Shown one piece after another: positions 17,346 through 26,200 of a stretch of 60,772 nt of DNA (within the stretch, counting starts at the first letter, position 1; each line of letters begins with the position of its first letter). A program made the position numbers and the translations under genes. Source of the stretch: Eubacteriales bacterium (lineage in GTDB: Bacteria > Bacillota > Clostridia > Oscillospirales > CAG-382); contig JAZRUR010000033.1 in the NCBI GenBank assembly GCA_045652625.1, forward strand, positions 1 through 60,772, in the 5' to 3' direction. A model generated the notes under the pieces. That model had not been told where the DNA came from and ran no database searches. It was given only the letters and a program-made list of their open reading frames with translations.

Positions 17346-19637
17346 TTATCTCTTTAACAATTTTTTAATCTTCAACTTCATAGATCTGGGTATCAAATAG
17401 GAAACATATTCTTTGAAATTGAATCGGTGCAGACGGTAAATATCCATTTGTTTAAATGGAACTTGATCAATATTAAGATACATTGAATTGCGTTTGGTTC
17501 TGCGCGGGGTAGGGGAAGTAAGGTTGTGGTTGTGCTTTTTGATAGCGTCCAACGCTACGGGACAGGATACCAAATCGGGCATTATCTGCGAAAAGAGTTT
17601 TTCGCCCTTTGGCGTATTGACGATCACACAACTTGCGCCTTGATCTGCCGCAAAATTCGGCAGTTCTTTTTCGATTCCCCAAAAATCGCCCAATGTCAAA
17701 TCGCCGACGCGGTCCATTGAGGCGTAATGGCAGGTATAACAGCATTCTCTGCAAATATCTCCACGCAAAAAGGTACTGTAATAGGCTTCCAACCCGCCTG
17801 AGCCAAAGCGTGTCTTGCCGTTTCGGAAGACTTTTTTGAAGTGTTTACCCCAACCGCGCTTTTCTTTGTTGCGGAATTCGTAGGAAATCATGGGGCTTTT
17901 TGCCTTCTTTTCGTCAGGTTCAATCGACTTTCGGAATAATTTCTGACTGGGGACACCGTGACAGACAATATCTGCGGTATAAAGGTTTTCGTATGGTTTT
18001 CCCAAGTAGGCAAGAAGTCCCGCTACCTGACAGGGCGTACCCGAAAACAGCACGGGACGATCATTATTAAGATCGTCGTAAACCTTGCAAAATGTGTCGC
18101 CCATATCGCTTTGTACGTACTTAGAGCCTTGCAACCGATGCAGATTCAGTGGCGAATCAATTCGGCAATGGATAACGGTCAGATCTTCGTCCATAGCCGC
18201 ACCGTACACAACGCCGTTTTGCGACAGAATTTCCTGTGCACAACGGAAGAATACACCGCCCGAAGCGCTTTTTGAGAGAGCCTGAGCATCATTGATTTTG
18301 GCGGCAAAACCCTGTTGACCGAACGGTTCGGTTTTTATCGGGTTTAACTGAGGACATGCCTTTTGGCATATACCGCAGTTTACACACAATGCGTTATTGA
18401 TTTCGGGAACCGAAAAACCGTCATCATCGGCGGTCATAGTAATAGCGTTCTTGGGGCAGACAGTAGCGCAGGTACTGCAACCGGTACATTGCCTGTGCTG
18501 ATCCATTTGAGCGACGGTGTTGACCGCTTTGGGAAGACTGCGTCGCAACGCAGTAAGCGTGTGTTCTTTTTCTTGTTCCAAAATGGGCAGGACCTTGTTG
18601 TAATCAATGGACTGCTCTGTCCAACCAAAATCGTTCAAATCTGTCAGAATCCGATGTTCAAGACCTAACATTTCCAAAAAGGAACTGATTCTTGTGCCGG
18701 TAAGTTTCGGAAGGATATCTACGTATTGACGGTTGAAAATGGTGGAAAAAACGGTTCCGTGGAAAGAATCCGTCACCACAAACTTAGCATGCTTTATATA
18801 ACTTAAAAACTCTCCCGGAGAGGGAAGATGAACGAAATTACCCGGTTTTAGTGCATAAAAAACAGAAGGATGTACACGATATACCGGAAGTCCGGTTTTC
18901 TTCTGAAGTTTAGATATATAATTCTCCATATCCTTGTTATGATGGAGTTGGTAAACAAAAATATATTCCGTTCCCTCAAGTCCTGTGGGTTCGCAAAGTT
19001 CTTCCCATTGGTCGGCATTGAGCATCAGCGTGGGGTCGAGAATATGTTCTGCTGTTTTCGTGCTGTATTTTTCGATCAGTTCTACGGCGCTTTTTTCTCT
19101 TAGCAGCAGTGAGGAATAACCCTCTAACAGATCGTCCATTCCATCAATTAGATCCTTCGGCAAATCCGTCTTGCCGAAACTTGCAGAGTAGGCTATCTTT
19201 GGTTTTCCTGCAGGGGCATACTTTAAAAAATATGCAGGATCAATTTCTTCCGCGCCGATTTTTCCCCATACCTGATCGCTTCCCGTCACATACAGATCTG
19301 CTTTCGGAGGATTTTCCATAAGTTCCTCCAAAGAACCGTACGCGGTATTGGACAAACGCAGATAGCGCTTTCTGTATTCGGCAAACGTGTTGTTCATTTT
19401 CTGGGAATTAGGGTATTGAACACAAAAATATAGGAATCTTTTGAGTTTATTTTTGATGCCGTCGCGTCCGATATGGCAGTTGGTGAGCACACTCTCTTTG
19501 CCACGCTCGTCGTATCGTTTATAGTTGAGGATTTCGGCATCGTATCCAAGATCCTCGAATGTTTTTTGCGTGGCATACGACTGCAAGATCGAACCGTAGT
19601 TCGGAACGGCATGTCTTGTGATTATTGAAACTTTCAT
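17346..19637 (-). CDS. Fusion: polysaccharide pyruvyl transferase + 2x[4Fe-4S] ferredoxin + F420 hydrogenase beta (FrhB)-like domain
   Basis: N-terminal NYGSILQ, TGSDQVW, TDSFHG; central CTGCSTCATVCP and CVNCGICQKACP; C-terminal SASGGVF, GSKYVQS, GTPCQV, CHGVPS, GDFWG. Confidence 0.8.
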   Translation of the reverse strand: MKVSIITRHAVPNYGSILQSYATQKTFEDLGYDAEILNYKRYDERGKESVLTNCHIGRDGIKNKLKRFLYFCVQYPNSQKMNNTFAEYRKRYLRLSNTAYGSLEELMENPPKADLYVTGSDQVWGKIGAEEIDPAYFLKYAPAGKPKIAYSASFGKTDLPKDLIDGMDDLLEGYSSLLLREKSAVELIEKYSTKTAEHILDPTLMLNADQWEELCEPTGLEGTEYIFVYQLHHNKDMENYISKLQKKTGLPVYRVHPSVFYALKPGNFVHLPSPGEFLSYIKHAKFVVTDSFHGTVFSTIFNRQYVDILPKLTGTRISSFLEMLGLEHRILTDLNDFGWTEQSIDYNKVLPILEQEKEHTLTALRRSLPKAVNTVAQMDQHRQCTGCSTCATVCPKNAITMTADDDGFSVPEINNALCVNCGICQKACPQLNPIKTEPFGQQGFAAKINDAQALSKSASGGVFFRCAQEILSQNGVVYGAAMDEDLTVIHCRIDSPLNLHRLQGSKYVQSDMGDTFCKVYDDLNNDRPVLFSGTPCQVAGLLAYLGKPYENLYTADIVCHGVPSQKLFRKSIEPDEKKAKSPMISYEFRNKEKRGWGKHFKKVFRNGKTRFGSGGLEAYYSTFLRGDICRECCYTCHYASMDRVGDLTLGDFWGIEKELPNFAADQGASCVIVNTPKGEKLFSQIMPDLVSCPVALDAIKKHNHNLTSPTPRRTKRNSMYLNIDQVPFKQMDIYRLHRFNFKEYVSYLIPRSMKLKIKKLLKR

Positions 19638-19649
19638 AAGTTTCTCCTG

Positions 19650-20747
19650 TTAATAAATCAACCAATCGGTTGCGAATATCGTTCTGTACGGAATAACCTC
19701 ATTGACGTTATTCAGAATGTTTGTCCTGTAAAAAGCAATAATCATACAGCACAGGATCGCAACCTTGAGAATATCCGCATATATCGGTTTGCCCCTGAAA
19801 GAAAGTCTGTAAGTTTTGCGACAGTGACTAAGGTAATAGGGAACAGAAATAATCTGGAATACGGAAAAATAGATTGCGATGCGGATAAACAGCATATGGC
19901 AAGTGCCAAGGCACATGCACAGTAACGCTAAAGCCTGAGTGTTTAGAAACAGATTGGCTTTCTTGTTTTTGCTCACGTATCCTTTGATTTGCAACCAAAA
20001 CATCAGCATATAGAAAGCGAGGTTTTCTCCAATAAACAGATAAGAGATTTCGCCTTTGAAGAATTTTGCGCTGAAGTATACGTCGAATCTTGTATTTTGC
20101 AGTAACAACTCCAAAACGCCAATCAGTCGGGTGTTTAGCACCAATACCGCCACGAGAAAGGGTATAAACCACTTCGGAGAACACCAAAACTTGTAATCAC
20201 AGAACACCAACACAAGCATGATAAGAGCGGTGGAATGAAACAGCGATGCCAATAAAACGCTTACGATGAACAACAGTTTCTTGTTTTTCAGCAGATAGTA
20301 AAATCCGATAAAAACCACAGACATGGCAAGATACTGACGCATGATATTAAGAGAATCAAAGAAGAAACCTAAAAAGAAATAAATGCAAATACTGTAAACC
20401 GGATCTTTACTTTCCTTGATTACGGTTAAGAAGATGAATCCGTTGATCAACAGCGAAGTGATGAAGAACATCAACTGCGGCTCACATGATACCAACATGG
20501 TGGCTTTCATTAAAAGGTGAAAACCGACTTCCATATTGGGTACACGGTAGCCTTGGTATGTTCTGTTGAAATCATAAACGTATCTGTTTATATAGTCTGT
20601 TCCTACATCGTAACGCAGGCCTGAAACAAGCAGAAACGGCAGAAAGGAAAGAAAACAATACAGATATTTTTTCTTTAAAGAGGACTGTGTCTTTGCTTTG
20701 TACATGAACACTACAGACAACAGCAACATGGAAATATAAACTACCAT
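19650..20747 (-). CDS. EpsG family polysaccharide polymerase (Wzy-like)
   Basis: LRYDVGTDY, E(V)GF, NIMRQYLA, FHSTA; multi-TM. Confidence 0.82.
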   Translation of the reverse strand: MVVYISMLLLSVVFMYKAKTQSSLKKKYLYCFLSFLPFLLVSGLRYDVGTDYINRYVYDFNRTYQGYRVPNMEVGFHLLMKATMLVSCEPQLMFFITSLLINGFIFLTVIKESKDPVYSICIYFFLGFFFDSLNIMRQYLAMSVVFIGFYYLLKNKKLLFIVSVLLASLFHSTALIMLVLVFCDYKFWCSPKWFIPFLVAVLVLNTRLIGVLELLLQNTRFDVYFSAKFFKGEISYLFIGENLAFYMLMFWLQIKGYVSKNKKANLFLNTQALALLCMCLGTCHMLFIRIAIYFSVFQIISVPYYLSHCRKTYRLSFRGKPIYADILKVAILCCMIIAFYRTNILNNVNEVIPYRTIFATDWLIY

Positions 20748-20813
20748 AGGTTTATTCTTCTCCTAAACAGTTTGCCCTACAAGCAGCGGTCAAGGGAGGT
20801 ATCGTTGCATTTT

Positions 20814-21788
20814 TTAAATTCTTCCGGTGAGTTTCCTGTATGTGTTCCAGATCAGTTTGTAAAAACTAAATCCGAACACGGTTGATAGGATTCCAATTTT
20901 ATCCCGTTTTTTTGCGCGGGGGTCGCACAGCACCGCCATGCCGTTTTTTCTGATATAACCCATGAGAAACTTTTGAATTTTAGGATTTTTTGCGTTGCAG
21001 TTGACTAACTGAGAAAGAGTAGACAGATAGGCGTACATGACTCTCCTGTCCGCGGCTTTTGTCAGTTCGGGGTAAACCGACTTGCAAAAATCACCCATTT
21101 CTTTGGTGCTGGTTATCAAATCCAACTTCTTTTCCGAAAAGTTGGCGGTGGAAATGGAATTGCTTCGGATCATATAATTGTATTTGCTCTCCAAACCGAG
21201 AGCCGCTTGACCGCTTTCATAGACGAAACGGTAAGTTGTAGCGGCATCCTCAAAGAGCCGCCCTTCGGGGAAACGAATAGTTTCAAACAGGGAACAATGA
21301 TATAGTTTTGCACAGGCGGTCAGGTCGATATCCTCATCGTATAGGATTCGTTCAAGCACCGTCCGACTTTCTAAAAGTCCGTGCTCACCGGTTTCCTTTT
21401 TCAGCACCGTGCCGTTGTCGTAAAAGACCGTGTGAGCGCAGATTGACATTTTTGTCTGATGTCGGCAGATCAGTGTATACAAAAACTCTACATAATCTGC
21501 GTCTATGTAATCGTCGCTGTCAACGAAGGTCAGATATTCACCTTTTGCTATCTGTATCCCTGCATTTCTGGCAGAAGAAAGACCTCCGTTTTCCTTGTGA
21601 ACGACTTTAATTCTGGAGTCTCGGAGCGCATACTCGTCACACAGTATACCGCTGTTGTCGGTAGCACCGTCGTCGACCAAAATGATTTCTATGTTTTGGT
21701 ATGTTTGCGCTGTGATACTTTCCACACAACGGGGCAAATACTCGGAAACATTGTATACCGGAACAATAACGGATATCAGCGCTTCCAT
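20814..21788 (-). CDS. GT2 family glycosyltransferase
   Basis: ISVIVPVYN, VDDGATD, NGGLSSARN, FVDSDD, FED. Confidence 0.92.
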   Translation of the reverse strand: MEALISVIVPVYNVSEYLPRCVESITAQTYQNIEIILVDDGATDNSGILCDEYALRDSRIKVVHKENGGLSSARNAGIQIAKGEYLTFVDSDDYIDADYVEFLYTLICRHQTKMSICAHTVFYDNGTVLKKETGEHGLLESRTVLERILYDEDIDLTACAKLYHCSLFETIRFPEGRLFEDAATTYRFVYESGQAALGLESKYNYMIRSNSISTANFSEKKLDLITSTKEMGDFCKSVYPELTKAADRRVMYAYLSTLSQLVNCNAKNPKIQKFLMGYIRKNGMAVLCDPRAKKRDKIGILSTVFGFSFYKLIWNTYRKLTGRI

Positions 21789-22570
21789 CAGAAACTCCTT
21801 TCGTATTTGACCTTGAAAAATTTAGCCCTCAAAAAGTAGAATCCTTTTTTAAGTCTATTGACCGGCTCGGTGTACACAAAAGGAACTTCTTTGTAATCGT
21901 ATCCTTTGTGTTTCAACCATACATCCAACAGCAATTCGCCAAGCCGTCCGGGATATCTGGCGTGGAAAGGGGTATATTCTCGGTCTTTTAGCCTATCGGT
22001 CACTTCGAATAAAATGTCAAACAACCACTGACAGTACTCGTCAAGCAGTTCTTTGCGCATGATGAACATGTTGAATGCATGCATATAGGTATGCTTCATG
22101 CAGGTGTCAAAAGATGAAAGATACTCGGGATACAGTTGTTCGATAACGTCGCGGGTGGTATCCAAGGTTTCCTCATGAAGAGTATGAATATAGTGGCTGT
22201 AGACGGTTTCGATATAGTAACGGCGTTTTTTGGTTACGATAATATCGGTATCGTCAAGCAGAGCATCCACCTCTGCAGAGGTGATGATACGTTCAAAAGG
22301 GTCTTTGGAAGTGCGTTTTCCCATAAAATGCCGTCTGTAATGGGCAAGACCTAAATATTCTGCGTCCAGATTCTTCCAGCCCCAGTAAAGAGCGGTCAGT
22401 TCGCAAAATTGAGGATTTCGGTCGGAAATATGTTCGCCGGTGTTATCGCCCTGATAACCTATGGATTCTTTGCCTTCTGCGCCTACATGAACGGGCAGAT
22501 ACATGGGGTCGTCGGGCAGTCTGTTTTTTTTGTGAGCGGCAATCAATATTTTGATGTTTTTCATAAGCAT
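21788..22570 (-). CDS. DUF4422 protein (putative galactofuranosyltransferase)
   Basis: GDNTGEHISDRNPQFCELTALYWGWKN, GLAHYRR, FNMFIM; co-occurs with glf. Confidence 0.8.
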   Translation of the reverse strand: MLMKNIKILIAAHKKNRLPDDPMYLPVHVGAEGKESIGYQGDNTGEHISDRNPQFCELTALYWGWKNLDAEYLGLAHYRRHFMGKRTSKDPFERIITSAEVDALLDDTDIIVTKKRRYYIETVYSHYIHTLHEETLDTTRDVIEQLYPEYLSSFDTCMKHTYMHAFNMFIMRKELLDEYCQWLFDILFEVTDRLKDREYTPFHARYPGRLGELLLDVWLKHKGYDYKEVPFVYTEPVNRLKKGFYFLRAKFFKVKYERSF

Positions 22571-22755
22571 TTTACCTTGCGCCTATGTGTCGTGAGATTT
22601 TTGATAAAATTGCGGAAACAGGCGCGAAAATGTTTCCGAATGGCTTTTTGGCTGTCATTTATGAGAAGTCAAAAAGTTTTGCACCTGTGCGGAAATTACA
22701 AAACATAATTCTGAGTCACAGGCACAATAATCCATTGTTACTACATATACATGAT

Positions 22756-22784
22756 ATAATAACTAAATTAAATAATATTGTCAA
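22756..22784 (-). promoter_or_regulatory. Sigma-A promoter of the polysaccharide operon
   Basis: Minus strand TTGACA-17 bp-TATTAT, about 185 nt upstream of the first ATG. Confidence 0.65.
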
Positions 22785-23120
22785 CAAATTTGGGACATAT
22801 TCTGTTTTTTTGTAGAAAAGTGTCTAAAGTCGAAAAAAATCGACACGTTTCTTGTACATACCCCACCATAGGAACGCTACTGTCAAAACCGTGACTGCGA
22901 AAACATAAGTGAGTGGCGTAGAAACATTGTTTTTTGAAGCCTACTTTTATGTATGTTGAAAATTTCGAAATTTGAAACAAAAAGTACACATATCATTGAC
23001 AAAAAATTCATGATTTTGCAGTAAAAGCAAGGAGGTTTGGCGACTTTTTTATCATTTTGTCAAATATCGGTGTTTTAACGAGGTGTTTTTGCATGTTTTT
23101 ACAGATTTTAATGCCTGTAC

Positions 23121-23149
23121 TTGACAGTTGACCCTTTACGTGTTATTAT
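23121..23149 (+). promoter_or_regulatory. Sigma-A promoter of the pilus operon
   Basis: TTGACA-17 bp-TATTAT with TG extension. Confidence 0.65.
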
Positions 23150-23241
23150 AACAGGGTGGTAGTTTGCAATAGTCTACCATTATATGAGTAAACGTGTAGA
23201 AATGAGTTGCGAAAGCAACAACTAAAAATATAAGGTGAAGC

Positions 23242-26200
23242 ATGAAACAAACGGTTCTGCAAAAAGCAGAAAAGTATTCCAAAAAGCGTCATAAAATGAG
23301 AACGCGCAATCGAATAGCGATGATTTTGGCTGTGCTCATAGTGTTTTGTACAACCTATGCGTTGATTTTGCCTGCAATCACCCTCGAAGGTGAGAAGGTT
23401 TACTGCGCTATCGAAGAGCATGAACATGTTCTTTCCTGCTATTCCGATTCCGAAGCAGATGTCGAATCTCCTATGGTCTACGAGCAAACGGTTTCTCAAG
23501 TGGAACTGACCGACGACTGGCGTGACGACATTATTGCTGTTGCGCAAACGCAACTTGGTTATACCGAAAGTGAAAAGAATTATGCTGTCATGGACGACGG
23601 CGAAACCATAAAAGGCTATACCCGATACGGTGAATGGTACGGAAACAAATACGGCGATTGGGCAGGTATGTTTGTTTCGTTCTGCTTGAATTATGCCGGT
23701 GTTCATGAATCGGTAATGCCGTTTGAGGAAAATAGCGAAAAACGAATCTCTGCATTGCGTGAAATGAATTTGTATCACAGTGCAGACTCCAAATATAAAC
23801 CGAAACTCGGCGACCTTGTATTTTTCGATTTGGATAAATATGATGCTTCGAATCCGAGTGAACGTGTCGCAGACCATGTCGGTTTTGTATGCGAATTGGT
23901 TTATGATGAAGACGATTCGAACAAATTGATTCGTATCAAAACTATTGAAGGCGACGCTGATAACAGTGTTTGCAAGAAAATATACGAATTTGATGAAAAA
24001 ACAATACTCGGATACGGCGAAATACCCGCGTTGCTGATTAGCATTCCGAACTGTGATTGCGGTAACTGCGCAGATGAACTTGACGAACATTCCGACGACT
24101 GTTTGAGAAAAGCCTTGGCGGTTAAGTTGGGCAAGGAAAAAAGCGCAAAGCAATTATCTAACCTTTGGATAAATCTTCCCGAAGATATCCGTAATATGAT
24201 ACTTGCATACGCCGAAGAGGAACAGCAGGAAAAAGCAATCAAACTCAATGCACTTATTGCCGCACTTCCCGAAGTTATAGAGAAAAGCACCTCTGTTGAC
24301 GGTTTGGATTTCTCATTAACAGGTCCGTTTGAAGATTCTATGGAGGCTAATGTTTCCGAAATCAATGAAGATGCATTGGCAGGATTAAAGGAATACGTTA
24401 AAGATACAGAAGAACATCTTATTTCGGGCGCTTACGATATTTCTATTGTAGACGGCGACAATAAGGCTGAATTTGAGAATCCTATTAAGGTTGCTATTTC
24501 GGGTCTTGATATCGGCGAAATAAATCCGAAATATCTACGTGTGAAAGTTTATCATCTTGTCGGCACGGATGAATCCGATGTAGCGACGATAAGTGACGGA
24601 ACTGAAGTTGAAATCATGAATGCTTCGATCGACGAAGACGGTAACCTTAATTTTGAAACCGATGATTTCTCTGTATTCTATTTCACTGTAGACTTCCACT
24701 ATGAAGATATCACATTTAAAATCGACGGATATTCTTCCATATTATTAAGCCAACTTTTTAAAGAACTCGGTTTGCCGTTCGATGCTTCAAATGCAAACTC
24801 GGTTGTTTTCAGTGATGAAACTTACATTTCAATATCATCGGTCAACGATGATGACGGTAATGTTGAAGACTGGCTGTTAGTTTCCGAAAAGCCGTTCTCC
24901 ACAGAAGAAACCTTGAAAATTGAATTTGTTGACGGCACAGTATTTGAATTAAAAGTTACCGACAACCAAACCCCCGCGGTTTCTGCAGATGATACTACGG
25001 CAGTAAACGTAACCATGACGGGTATCTCTAACGGACAAAACGTTACGGTAACGCTTTATAACAACGGCGTGTCGACAGGCAAAACGATAACCCTTAACGC
25101 ATCTAACAACTGGAAAGGTTCGTTTACAAACCTTGAAGAAGGTTCATATTCGGTAGAATATACGACCTTTGATGGCTATATTTACGGAATTCAAAGCAGT
25201 AAAACGGAAGGCGGCTCGTGGAATAAGGTTTCCGGATTTACTAATGGCAAAACATATGTGTTGGTAAATACTTCCAGTAATACTAACTATGCCGTACAAA
25301 ACAGTTCGGGAACAAATTTGTCCCGTAGTAGTAAAGTTAATATAAGCAACGGAAGAATTACCAGTGCCGTTTCAAACGCTATGCAGTGGTATTATGACGG
25401 TTATCTACAGAATGTGGAAACCTCAAATTATCTTATGTTGAGCAATAATTCGGGTGCAAAAACCAACAGTAGCACCAAAAACAATTTTACTTATACCAGT
25501 AGCAGTTATATTAGACAAGAAACCTCAACAGTACGTTATTTGAGGTATTCAAATTCATCATACTCGCAAACAACTTCTACTTCCGGAAACAACCGCCCGA
25601 CGGCGTTCACGCTTTATGAGAAATCGGGCGACACGGATGAAATCAATTTCTCGATTATTGCTGAAAGTCGAATATACAACCCTAAAGAAGACACAACTAC
25701 GTTTGAACATAATAAGACTATTGACTATCTTAATGACGGTGTGACCAATCCCGATACAGATCTTAAGGGCGAGGACTATTACCGCTTGTACATGGACATG
25801 ACGGGAAAAAGCGAACCGATTGACTTGCTTATAGTAGTTGACGGCTCGAGCAGTATGACTACCGAAGACATGGAAGGCTCGATGCGACGCGATGATGCGA
25901 TAACCAAGTTTTTGAACGGTTCTACCAGCAGGGTTACGAGCGACGGATTTATATCCTATTTCTTAGGATTAAACAGCGCAAACAACGTATCTGTAGTGCA
26001 GTTTTACGGACTCGTTGAAGACGTTACTGTCAACAGTAGCACCATCGTTTCAAACCAAAAAATAGATTATACGCACGATAGCACCGTGCTTTTGGACTGG
26101 ACAGGCAGCGCCTCGAAATTCGTAGACTGTGAATGTAAGACGAATTCAGGTACAAACTACGAAGCGGGACTTCTCCGTGCGACCGAAGTGTTCTCTTCGA

